A stretch of 46,852 nucleotides of DNA, from assembly GCA_039630055.1 (NCBI GenBank), contig JBCNVN010000006.1:1-46852 (forward strand), given 5' to 3'. Source of the DNA: Candidatus Caldarchaeales archaeon. Lineage in GTDB: Archaea > Thermoproteota > Nitrososphaeria_A > Caldarchaeales > Wolframiiraptoraceae. Position numbers and translations under genes: made by a program. Positions 37,596-46,852 of this stretch are shown here, in pieces. The stretch's first letter is position 1; every line of letters begins with the position of its first letter. A model generated the notes under the pieces. That model had not been told where the DNA came from. It made no database searches and saw only the letters and a program-made list of their open reading frames with translations.

Positions 37596-38192
37596 CTAGA
37601 CCTCTGAGATGCGCTCAATCTTAAACGGTAGAGTTATCTCTCTATACCTCTTCACACCCTCCTCGAATATGTCTCCACCATAGATATCGTTTGCAACGAT
37701 TACTGGGAAGTCTTCTACTTCAAGCTCTCTCACTGCTTCTGGACCAAGATCTTCATAAGCGATAGTTCTCGAACTCTTTATCTTTTTTGATAATAATGCT
37801 CCGACACCGCCTGTAGCGATGAAGTAGACCGCCCTATACTTCTTCAACAGCTCTACTACACCCCAACTTCTATACCCTTTACCTATAGTCCCCTTTAAAC
37901 CAATCTTTAGCAAGGGCTCCATATAGCTATCCATCCTGATAGATGTAGTCGGTCCCGCCGAGCCTATAACGTATCCAGGCCTCGGAGGTGTAGGTCCAAC
38001 ATAATATATTATCTGACCTCTAAGATCGACTGGGAGCTGTTCGCCTCTATTGATCGCTTCTATAAATCTCTTGTGCGCAGCATCCCTCGCTGTATAGATC
38101 TTTCCACTAATCAATACTTTATCTCCTATCTTTAATTCACTTAGTATCTCATCTGTTAATGGGGTAGTAATCTTCTTGATCATATCTCCCAC
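37596..38192 (-). CDS. Fe-S hydro-lyase (class I fumarate hydratase/tartrate dehydratase), beta subunit
   Basis: TARDAAHKR, IYYVGP, GPTTSIRMD, IGKG and EDLGPEA. Confidence 0.92.
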   Translation of the reverse strand: MGDMIKKITTPLTDEILSELKIGDKVLISGKIYTARDAAHKRFIEAINRGEQLPVDLRGQIIYYVGPTPPRPGYVIGSAGPTTSIRMDSYMEPLLKIGLKGTIGKGYRSWGVVELLKKYRAVYFIATGGVGALLSKKIKSSRTIAYEDLGPEAVRELEVEDFPVIVANDIYGGDIFEEGVKRYREITLPFKIERISEV

Positions 38193-39025
38193 CTACCAAC
38201 TCTATGGGCATGACAATCTAGGTTTACGGCTACTGGGAGTGCACCGATATGGCATGGTGCAGTCTCGATCCTAACGTCTAGAGCTGTAATACGGCCTCCC
38301 AGACCTTGAGGTCCTATACCCAGCTTATTTATCTCTTCAAGAAGTTCGAGTTCAAGTTTTGCATAGTTTGGGTCAGGATGTCTAGAACCAATCTTTCTTA
38401 GTAGGGCTTTCTTGGCAAGCCATCCAACAGTATCGAATGTTCCACCGATCCCTATTCCCACGATAACTGGTGGACAAGGGTTGGGTCCAGCCTCGGCAAC
38501 AGTCTTTAAAACAAACTCTTTTAACCCTTTTACCCCTGCAGCAGGTGTAAGCATCGCTAATCTAGACATGTTCTCTGCACCTGTCCCCTTCGCCATAAAA
38601 GTTATCCTAAATACATCTCCTGGAACTAGCTCTACATGAATCATGGCGGGAGTATTATCTCCCGTATTGACCCTATTGTATAGAGGGTCTCCAACTACAG
38701 ACTTTCTCAAGTATCCTTCTTTGTAGCCCTTTGCAATACCTCTGTTTATAGCATCATAGAGGCTTCCACCCTCTATCTTAACATCTTGCCCCATCTCTAC
38801 GTATACTATGGAGACTCCTGTATCTTGACAGATTGGAATCTGTTCACGAGCAGCCAGCTCAACATTCTCGATTATCTGATTTAATACCTCTCTACCAGCA
38901 TCTGAGACCTCTCTCTCCAAAGCTCTCTTATAATATTCTTTTAATTCATCACTTATAAAATAGTTTACATCCATCGAAAGTCTTCTGACAGCTTCCTCAA
39001 TATCTTCAACTTTAACAATCTTCAA
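38180..39025 (-). CDS. Fe-S hydro-lyase (class I fumarate hydratase/tartrate dehydratase), alpha subunit
   Basis: PICQDTG, YLRKSVV, NTGDNTPA, NPCPP, GIGPQGLGG, CHIGALPVAVN and CHA. Confidence 0.92.
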   Translation of the reverse strand: MKIVKVEDIEEAVRRLSMDVNYFISDELKEYYKRALEREVSDAGREVLNQIIENVELAAREQIPICQDTGVSIVYVEMGQDVKIEGGSLYDAINRGIAKGYKEGYLRKSVVGDPLYNRVNTGDNTPAMIHVELVPGDVFRITFMAKGTGAENMSRLAMLTPAAGVKGLKEFVLKTVAEAGPNPCPPVIVGIGIGGTFDTVGWLAKKALLRKIGSRHPDPNYAKLELELLEEINKLGIGPQGLGGRITALDVRIETAPCHIGALPVAVNLDCHAHRVGRWEI

Positions 39026-39139
39026 GAAGACTCACAGATTATCTAGATATTAACCGATTGAAAAATATTTCTTTATTACTTTAACTCTCAGACATAGAGG
39101 GATAGATCATAAAATAGATTGAATGTTTCTGGTATAGTT

Positions 39140-40363
39140 CTACATTTGAGAAGACAAGATAGGCTCAGGATCAAATTCTTTCTGTGAAGAGATCTTTTTC
39201 AATCTTTCTATCACCTTCTCTCTTACCTCAGTGTAAGGCTTAACCTCTCTAACAAGTTTACCATCGATTATCAATGGTTTTAAGAGTGGTTCAACATCCC
39301 TTCCGCATAAGGGGCATCTATCCAACTTCTTACTGAATGGTGTAATAGTATCATGTAGCTCAGAGCATCTATACACTTGTTTTCTACCAGGTAGCTTTCC
39401 CCTCTTAGAGATCTGCTTACCCATAACTTCTACTATATCTAGTGCTAGGTCTACTGATGGTGGAAAGGCTATCGATGTGCCTACACCGAATCCATCTACC
39501 ACATCTCTAAGCTCTTCTACATCTTCCTCATCTATTCCTCCACTAACGTATATCTTAACATTCTTGTAACCTGCTATATCTAGGGTCCATCTAGTTTCTC
39601 TTACTATCTTCTTCATATCCCCCCTCCTAGATCCAGGAGTATCAAACCTAACACCATGTAATCTTTCTCCCAAAGTCTCAGCAGCCAGCAATGCCTCAAA
39701 CCTCTCATCAGAGAAGGTATCACATAGAGCTATTCTCGGAACATCTCTAGGCATGTATCTATCAAAAGTCTTCCATGCTGTAACTTGGTCGCCTACAGTC
39801 AGGATCAAGGCATGGGGCATAGTTCCAGTAGGCGGTATTCCAAGGATCTTTGCACCTATCACCCCCGAGACTGCATCACACCCACCTAGATATGCATACT
39901 TATCAACCATCGGAGAGATGACTGGGTGTACACATCTTATCCCAAAGAATAGAACTCTCTTATCTCCAGCCTTAATCTTTATCCTAGCTGCTTTAGATGA
40001 GATACTGGTTGCATGTCTTATTATTCCTAGCAGGCTTGACTCGTATACTCCGAACTCAGTATATCTTCCTTCTATCGCCATCACAGGCTCATATACTCTA
40101 AAGATCTCTCCTTCATCCAAGCTATAGACATTCACTCTCTTATCTTCAAGTAGTGTAGAGGCTTCTATCAATCCGGTTGCTACAGCCCACTGGTATCCTC
40201 TCGGTAGAGAGTAGGCATGTATTTCAGCATAGACTTCTTTATCCATCCCAGTCTTCTCTATCAACTCTCTACTCCTTACAAAGTATATGTCTGTCGATTC
40301 TCCTCTAAAGATCTCTTCTTCACTAGCTATAGATAATCGTCTCGTAGATACACCCCCAAACAC
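39140..40363 (-). CDS. pncB: Nicotinate phosphoribosyltransferase
   Basis: [40 protein letters not shown] and SKRGKLPG. Confidence 0.92.
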   Translation of the reverse strand: MFGGVSTRRLSIASEEEIFRGESTDIYFVRSRELIEKTGMDKEVYAEIHAYSLPRGYQWAVATGLIEASTLLEDKRVNVYSLDEGEIFRVYEPVMAIEGRYTEFGVYESSLLGIIRHATSISSKAARIKIKAGDKRVLFFGIRCVHPVISPMVDKYAYLGGCDAVSGVIGAKILGIPPTGTMPHALILTVGDQVTAWKTFDRYMPRDVPRIALCDTFSDERFEALLAAETLGERLHGVRFDTPGSRRGDMKKIVRETRWTLDIAGYKNVKIYVSGGIDEEDVEELRDVVDGFGVGTSIAFPPSVDLALDIVEVMGKQISKRGKLPGRKQVYRCSELHDTITPFSKKLDRCPLCGRDVEPLLKPLIIDGKLVREVKPYTEVREKVIERLKKISSQKEFDPEPILSSQM

Positions 40364-40454
40364 CCATACACCATCTAGTAGTTATTCAACTTTTTGGGTA
40401 ATGGCCATGTAATACTCATATGATGGATCAAAATATAGAGCTGGCCATATAGTG

Positions 40455-41093
40455 TTAGATGAAACTTATCAGGTCTGAACTGGTAAGCACCCCTCTGTAG
40501 AGGAATGTTACTTGTCTAAGAGTTGAGATGAAGTCAAACTCATTCAGTGAAGAGATGCAGTCTATTGGTATAAATATCTTGTATCCTCTGAGAGCAGCGC
40601 TTCCAGCTGTATGGAGGACGCAGATGTTTGCAACAGTCCCAGAGATCACTAAATTCTCTATCTTCCTCATTCTAAGTAGGTCATCTAGATACGTTCCATA
40701 GAATCCATCATATCTCAACTTCTTTACCATTATCTCTTCTTCTCTAGGTTTAAGCTCATCTATTATCTCTGCCTCCCAACTGCCTGCGACGGCATGCCTC
40801 CCCCATATACCAAATTCAGGATCATCCTTCTGATGCCAATCCTGAGTATATATAACTGTAACATTTTTGGTGCGAGCTTTCTCCAACAATCTCTTTATCG
40901 ATTCTATCGTCTTCCTAGATTCTGGAACGAATAAGCTTCCTCTCTCATGGCTGAATGCATTCTGCATATCTACGATTATTAAAGCAGTCTTAGATGAGTC
41001 TAGCTCTACATGCTTAACTTCAAACTTCTCTGGAACCTTCACGTACTCGGGAAATGATCTGATCATCACTATATAGAGTATGCTACATGCCAT
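40455..41093 (-). CDS. pncA: Isochorismatase-family cysteine hydrolase, probable nicotinamidase
   Basis: IIVDMQNAF, QDWH, WGRH, KKLRYDGF and GTVANICV; adjacent to pncB. The start may be 41069. Confidence 0.8.
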   Translation of the reverse strand: MACSILYIVMIRSFPEYVKVPEKFEVKHVELDSSKTALIIVDMQNAFSHERGSLFVPESRKTIESIKRLLEKARTKNVTVIYTQDWHQKDDPEFGIWGRHAVAGSWEAEIIDELKPREEEIMVKKLRYDGFYGTYLDDLLRMRKIENLVISGTVANICVLHTAGSAALRGYKIFIPIDCISSLNEFDFISTLRQVTFLYRGVLTSSDLISFI

Positions 41094-41185
41094 TTTTTTA
41101 AAGTTTTCCCATTACAAATACTTGAAAATTACTGAGATTCTATATCATGGTGGTTTTAATAGAATCTGGTAATAGAATTGTTCCA

Positions 41186-42328
41186 TTATAGTATTGCTCT
41201 TACAAGTTTTACTGCGAATATTGGATGTGCTGCCAGCTTTTTAGCTACTCTAACTATGTCTAAACCATTTGCTAGGTCAAGTATGTCTTGGTCGCCAAGG
41301 ATCTCTGCAAGAATGTTAAGCTCATCATCGCTCATCTTCTCTAAAGCTCTCATAACCTTCAAGCTTTTTCTAATCCTATCTATCCATGACTCATATAGTT
41401 TATAGAACTCGCTCAACCTTTCTTTCGACGTATCTCCTTCCTGAGAGGCCTCTCCTAAAACTTTACCTGCTGCAAGACCTGCAGCTATCGATGAATGTAT
41501 GCCTGCACCTGTTAATGGTATGACTGTTCCAGCCGCATCTCCTATGAGTATAACTCTATCTCTAACCGGTTCAGAGATCAATCCACCTACCGGGACAGGT
41601 GCTCCTCTATAATCTATTATCTGAGCTTTACCGAGTTCATCATTGAATCTTTTAACAAAAATGTCTAGATACTCTTTTGCAGTAGCTCCTCTGACCCCTA
41701 TACCCACCTCAGCCATCTTCTCACTATATGGGAATATCCATGCATATCCTTTCGGTGCTACATTATTTCCAAGGAAGAACCTTACAGCGTCTGGATACCT
41801 TATACTACAGTTAACCATGATATACTGTACTGTTGGTATGGGTTCAGGTCTCTCATTTATTCCTAGACTTCTAGCAGTAGTCGAGTTGTATCCATCTGCT
41901 CCTACTACTGCTGATGCACTGTATTCTCCTCTATTAGTCTTAACCTTAACATACTCTTCTTCAACCTTAACGTCTAGAACTTCTTCTCTAACATGTATCT
42001 CTGCTCCATACTCTGCAGCTTGAGCAGCTATAGCTTGAATAAGCTTAGACTTATCTATGAGAAAACCTATTCTATCTATCTTAACATATTTGAGATTTGG
42101 AGCATATACTATAGCGTAAGCTCTATTGAGTACGATGCTCGGCTCAGGTTTAACCTCAGCGGTCTGTAGAGTCTCCTGACTACAGGCTTGACCACAAGGC
42201 TTATTCGCCATGATAGTAGGAGCCTTTTCTAATAACAACGTTTTAGCCCCAGTCTTAGCTGCTGCTTTAGCAGCTGAGACACCAGCAGGACCAGCACCGA
42301 TGACGACGACATCGTACCTATTGAGCAT
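41186..42328 (-). CDS. Geranylgeranyl reductase family flavoprotein (DGGGPL reductase-like)
   Basis: GAGPAG, KPCG, VGADG, PKGYAWIFP and IGDAAG-x-P-x-GxGI. Confidence 0.88.
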   Translation of the reverse strand: MLNRYDVVVIGAGPAGVSAAKAAAKTGAKTLLLEKAPTIMANKPCGQACSQETLQTAEVKPEPSIVLNRAYAIVYAPNLKYVKIDRIGFLIDKSKLIQAIAAQAAEYGAEIHVREEVLDVKVEEEYVKVKTNRGEYSASAVVGADGYNSTTARSLGINERPEPIPTVQYIMVNCSIRYPDAVRFFLGNNVAPKGYAWIFPYSEKMAEVGIGVRGATAKEYLDIFVKRFNDELGKAQIIDYRGAPVPVGGLISEPVRDRVILIGDAAGTVIPLTGAGIHSSIAAGLAAGKVLGEASQEGDTSKERLSEFYKLYESWIDRIRKSLKVMRALEKMSDDELNILAEILGDQDILDLANGLDIVRVAKKLAAHPIFAVKLVRAIL

Positions 42329-42516
42329 GATTTATTACTAAGATGGTCTAGTTATAAGTATTCTCCAACACTGTAAAGTGGAAAAACGATAAACATTATA
42401 TAAAATATAAAACTCGATCTTATCAACCTCAAACATGTTAGGGTCTTACATCGCTCAAATTTTCTGTTTATGTATTGATTACCTAGATTATGATTTATAC
42501 CTAATTGGATTCAGAA

Positions 42517-43398
42517 CTATTCTTTAGCCGATATTACTTGGTTTCTTATCGCACCTATCTTTTCTATCCATACTTCTACTATATCACCTTCCTTTAGTAA
42601 TCCATTCTCTCTCCAGTATCCTACACCTGCAGGAGTTCCAGTAGATATTATGTCTCCTGGCTCAAGGGTCATTATCTGGCTTATACGTGAAATTATCTCA
42701 GGTATCTTGAAGATCATGTTAGAGGTATTCGAGTTCTGTCTAACCTCTTTATTAACCCTAGTTATTATCCTAAGGTTGTGCGGGTCTTCTATCTCTTCTC
42801 TTCCAACTATCCATGGTCCCATCGGAGCAAACGTATCAAAACATTTACTCATCATCCACCCACTCCATAAACCATCTCTGAACTGCATATCTCTAGCGGT
42901 AACATCATTAAATACACTATATCCGAAGACGTATAGCATGGCCTCAGAAGGGTCAACACTCTTAATCCTCTCACTTATAATTACTGCAAGCTCTCCTTCA
43001 TAGTCTAACTTCTCAACATTTTTTGGTTTGACAATAGGATCGAATGGTCCTGTAAGGGCTGTCGGCGGCTTCAAGAAGAAGACTAATTCTTCAGGAGTCT
43101 TCAATCCAGCCTCATTAACATGGTCGGCATAGTTCAATGCGATGCATACTATCTTTCTAGAATCTTTGATAGGAGGCTCAACATGTACAGATGCAACTGA
43201 AACCTTCTCTAGGTTTACACTATCTAGAGATGCATTGATAAGTTCTCTCAACTCTATATCTGGTAATAGTTTCTTTATATCTCTAGGTATCTTCTCTCTC
43301 AGTACTTCTTCAACAAAGTATCTCGGGACAAATTCTCGTCTATTTACTAGGAAGCCGTAATCTACCTCACCTTCAACGCTGTAGTTTATTATCTTCAT
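42517..43398 (-). CDS. Fumarylacetoacetate hydrolase family protein
   Basis: CIALNYADH, FFLKP, DYEGELAV, NDVTARD, KCFDTFAPMGP and PGDIISTGTPAGVG. Confidence 0.92.
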   Translation of the reverse strand: MKIINYSVEGEVDYGFLVNRREFVPRYFVEEVLREKIPRDIKKLLPDIELRELINASLDSVNLEKVSVASVHVEPPIKDSRKIVCIALNYADHVNEAGLKTPEELVFFLKPPTALTGPFDPIVKPKNVEKLDYEGELAVIISERIKSVDPSEAMLYVFGYSVFNDVTARDMQFRDGLWSGWMMSKCFDTFAPMGPWIVGREEIEDPHNLRIITRVNKEVRQNSNTSNMIFKIPEIISRISQIMTLEPGDIISTGTPAGVGYWRENGLLKEGDIVEVWIEKIGAIRNQVISAKE

Positions 43399-43467
43399 CC
43401 TAGCCCTCCCGCAATGACTCAGCTTTAATCTATATCTTCTTCAAATATATCTATTTACTGATAAATA

Positions 43468-44598
43468 ATGTGGCTTGAGATACTCTTAGGATTAAACATG
43501 GTGTCAGCCATAATTCTCATTTACTGGACCATCCTACGTTGTCTAGAGTTTAAGAGATTACCGAAGCTAACAGATGATATTCCTCCATCAACTAGAAGGG
43601 TCTCGATAATAGTTCCTACTAGAAACGAGGCTGGAAAGATAATCCAATGTCTTGATAGTATCGTTAGACAGAGAGATGTGGAGACTCAAATAATAGTTGT
43701 AGATGATTCATCAATAGATGAAACGAGGAGTATAGTCAAGCAATATAGTAGAGAGTATGGTATAGAGTTGCTGGAGTTGGACAATCTTGATCCTAGGGCT
43801 GCTGGGAAGAGCTGGGCATGCTATTATGGGTATAGGCGAGCGGTCAACGACCTATTGCTCTTCATAGATGCTGACACAATCCTGTTAAGTGAAGATGTTT
43901 TGGCGAGAAGTATAAGTACTCTCGAATCTCAAGATCTAGATTTCCTATCCATATTTCCAAGATTTGATATGAAGAGTCTTTGGGTACGATTGATCTATCC
44001 ACTCTATATAAACACGATAATTCTATTCGAACCATTCGGTAAGGTGAATAAAGAGAGTTCGAAGAGATGCTTCTTAGTGGGTGCCTTCTCACTGTTTAAG
44101 AAGAGGGTTTACGAGGCGGTCGGTGGCCACATACTAGTAGTAGAAGAGATCCTTGAAGATAAGGTGCTCGGTGAAGTGGTTAGAGCTATGGGTTATAGGT
44201 TCAAGATATTCGATGGAGATGATTTAGTATTGAGTAGAATGGAGAGCAGTATCAAAGACTTGTGGAACATGACGATTAGATTCATAGCTGGATCCAAACT
44301 TAAGCTCAGAGCAATAATCTTTCTCCTAATCTTCTATGTAATAGTCTTCTTAACACCATTAGTATCTCTAGCATTCTTTATGGACATCAGTATGGTGGTC
44401 GGAGCTATTCCAATCTATATCAGCATCTTATTAAATGCTTTAGAGCTGAACAGAAACAAGGTTAGCATCTTTTTCAGCTTAGGCTACATAATAGCCTCTA
44501 TAATGCTAGTCAGTATTCTATTTTATATTTTGATAAGATTCTACAAAAAGAATCTGATCTTCAGATGGAAGGAAAGAGAGTATATCGTTAAGATTTAG
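43468..44598 (+). CDS. Membrane-bound family 2 glycosyltransferase
   Basis: N-terminal TM helix, VSIIVPTRNE, VVDDSSIDET, GKSWAC, FIDADT, LED, C-terminal TM helices and WKEREY. Confidence 0.88.
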   Translation: MWLEILLGLNMVSAIILIYWTILRCLEFKRLPKLTDDIPPSTRRVSIIVPTRNEAGKIIQCLDSIVRQRDVETQIIVVDDSSIDETRSIVKQYSREYGIELLELDNLDPRAAGKSWACYYGYRRAVNDLLLFIDADTILLSEDVLARSISTLESQDLDFLSIFPRFDMKSLWVRLIYPLYINTIILFEPFGKVNKESSKRCFLVGAFSLFKKRVYEAVGGHILVVEEILEDKVLGEVVRAMGYRFKIFDGDDLVLSRMESSIKDLWNMTIRFIAGSKLKLRAIIFLLIFYVIVFLTPLVSLAFFMDISMVVGAIPIYISILLNALELNRNKVSIFFSLGYIIASIMLVSILFYILIRFYKKNLIFRWKEREYIVKI

Positions 44599-45733
44599 TC
44601 AAGAATATTATGCTTTCTCTTGCCTCACCTATCTTTATCACTCTATTCACTGTTGCAACCCTCTTATTCACTACGATAATCCGGTCTACTCTGAAACCTA
44701 TCCTCTCAGCCAGCTCTGCAATGAGTATATCAGACTCGACTATTCTATCAGGGAAAACTCCTCCTGCAACTACTATCACTGTTCTTCCATTCTTTTTGAG
44801 TACACGATAGACTTCTCCAAGTGCAAGCTTCATATCGTAGAAGTATGCTTTAGCGGCTTCGGGGAGATTAAGCTCTGGAAACTGGTCAACGATATTCTTA
44901 GGATTTAGTCCGATATATGATCTAACTGGATCAACTTTAACGTCTCCAAAGAATAATTCATATTCTATCGCATAAACCTTTGTATACTCTATCTTGTTTA
45001 GGTAGGGTGGAGAAGTTATTACAGCATCGAAAGACTCATCTTCTAGGAAGTCCATATTCCTAGCATCCCCGAGATATACTTCTACATTGCAAGGTTTAAG
45101 ATCCACCCTCTTTAAATCTTTAATCATCTTCTTTACTATCCTCTTAAAGAATCTTCTAAAAGGCGGAACAGGCTTCGTTACTATCTTCAATACTGCACCA
45201 TCTTTGTAAACATAAGAAACTTTCATTGCAGCATTCATCAATGCTAAGGTGAAGAAGTTTCTATAGACGGGGTCTTCAATCTTTCTAATCTCTTCTCTAA
45301 AGAAGATTATGTCTTCAAGTGAAGGTTTCGAGAAAAACTTTCTAGTAAATCTATTTATCTGGCTTAAGCTAGGCCTCTCAAATCTCTCCTCGAATATCTT
45401 TCTTGCATAGTCTTTCAGCTTATTCAAATCGTAATCTGCCGTCTTTACTTGGGAGACGAAGACTGCTAATGGTGCAGAATCTACTCCTACCGAATCTATA
45501 CCTACTTCTCTACATGCTAGTAGGGTTGTTCCAGATCCAACGAAGGGATCTAGAACCTTATAGTTATTCTTCAGATTGAGTAGATTGATCATTAAGTGTA
45601 TGAAGTCTCTTGAGAATCCTTCTTTAAAATAAAACCAAGAATGGATTGGCAGATTCTTATTTGGGATAAATGTTACTAGTTTACCCCAGTCCCATCTCTC
45701 TTCCAATCTCCAATCTTTTGCTATATACTCCAT
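44588..45733 (-). CDS. DNA amino-methyltransferase, probable N4-cytosine, orphan
   Basis: HSWFYFKEGFS, motif I LDPFVGSGTT, then motif IV ITSPPY, and RVLK. Confidence 0.85.
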   Translation of the reverse strand: MEYIAKDWRLEERWDWGKLVTFIPNKNLPIHSWFYFKEGFSRDFIHLMINLLNLKNNYKVLDPFVGSGTTLLACREVGIDSVGVDSAPLAVFVSQVKTADYDLNKLKDYARKIFEERFERPSLSQINRFTRKFFSKPSLEDIIFFREEIRKIEDPVYRNFFTLALMNAAMKVSYVYKDGAVLKIVTKPVPPFRRFFKRIVKKMIKDLKRVDLKPCNVEVYLGDARNMDFLEDESFDAVITSPPYLNKIEYTKVYAIEYELFFGDVKVDPVRSYIGLNPKNIVDQFPELNLPEAAKAYFYDMKLALGEVYRVLKKNGRTVIVVAGGVFPDRIVESDILIAELAERIGFRVDRIIVVNKRVATVNRVIKIGEARESIIFLTKS

Positions 45734-45762
45734 CGATCTTCACTATTGACCGTAACCGTTTC

Positions 45763-46197
45763 CTACTTTAGTATTCTAAGAATTACAGCGGTCTCAGTAG
45801 CGTTAACACCTTCAAGCCTCCTTATTTCATCTATACACCTATTTAGCTCGGATATGTTCTTAGCAGAGATCAATGCTACTGCATCTATCCTACCAGTTAA
45901 TTCGTATACTGTCTCTACAGACTCTATCTCAGCTATCTTCTGTGGTAGTTCTCTAGTATTCTCACCCTTCTCAAAGTATATGAATGAGATAGCGTTAACC
46001 ACGAAATCCGTATCTACCTCAACGGTAAACCTCTTTATTACACCCTTATCCTGCATTAGTTTCACTCTTCTCCTAACGGCTCCTTCAGATAACCCTAAAG
46101 CTTTACCAATCTCTACGAACGGCTTCCTCCCATCTTTCTTCAACATCTCTAATATCTTTAAATCAGTAGAATCTAATGTCCGCCATTTCGATAACAT
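45763..46197 (-). CDS. Lrp/AsnC family transcriptional regulator
   Basis: LDSTDLKILEMLKKDGR...LGLSEGAVRRRV HTH and RAM domain with YELTGRID. Confidence 0.93.
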   Translation of the reverse strand: MLSKWRTLDSTDLKILEMLKKDGRKPFVEIGKALGLSEGAVRRRVKLMQDKGVIKRFTVEVDTDFVVNAISFIYFEKGENTRELPQKIAEIESVETVYELTGRIDAVALISAKNISELNRCIDEIRRLEGVNATETAVILRILK

Positions 46198-46284
46198 ATC
46201 CAGAATATTGAAATGTATAGAAAGTAAAAAACTTTACGAATAATTATATATTCTATCCGAATGACGAACTAGGTTAAAAGTAAG

Positions 46285-46305
46285 AATAATAAAAAAATAA
46301 AATAG
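46285..46305 (-). terminator. Probable T-tract terminator of the ferredoxin gene
   Basis: Minus strand CTATTTTATTTTTTTATTATT about 25-45 nt after the stop. Confidence 0.45.
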
Positions 46306-46329
46306 TTGGAGAATTTTATCATGTTAGCT

Positions 46330-46653
<324 letters not shown>

Positions 46654-46852
46654 TCACTTTTAATCACTTAGAAAGATCTCTAATAGACTATATATGGATA
46701 TCTCATCTAATCATAAGTCATAATGTTCATATAGAGATAACGGTATCTTTTCTAATCTAACTAGTTGAGATTGATATGAAATGTGTAGATTATATGTTCT
46801 AGTATGAGTAGCTAAGAGATATATAGCAGATATTGAAGTTACAGAAAGGGTG

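Noticed and set aside
45746-46243. 165-aa plus-strand ORF
   Set aside because: Antisense shadow of the Lrp gene; the same applies to most short nested ORFs in the track.

Overview
Archaeal genomic DNA, probably from a thermophile. Evidence: archaeal rpl24/rps4e/rpl5, a GC-rich type A RNase P RNA in an AT-rich background, a geranylgeranyl reductase, a Sulfolobales-type zinc ferredoxin and a tungsten AOR. A Thermoproteota/TACK host is an inference only. The first ~33 kb (1-33331) is a dense sugar/polyol catabolic island. It holds a ketose 3-epimerase, three polyol dehydrogenases, two FucI/AraA-family isomerases, three FGGY kinases (FucK, XylB, RhaK-like), a class II aldolase coupled to an aldehyde:ferredoxin oxidoreductase, a tagatose kinase plus KbaZ/GatZ-family epimerase, two intact CUT1 ABC importers with a single ATPase, and transketolase plus transaldolase. 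Several decayed genes missing from the ORF track also lie there: CUT2 permease remnants, a solute-binding protein and a xylose-isomerase-like TIM barrel. The island ends at rnpB. The remaining ~13 kb is housekeeping: a fragmented ribosomal operon, a two-subunit Fe-S hydro-lyase, NAD salvage genes, GGR, an FAH-family protein, a GT2, an orphan DNA methyltransferase, an Lrp regulator and a ferredoxin. The best candidate for an undescribed system is a bacterial-type phosphorylative L-fucose/D-arabinose pathway in an archaeon whose aldehyde product appears to be handled by a tungsten AOR. No CRISPR array, transposase, integrase, tRNA or rRNA was recognised.
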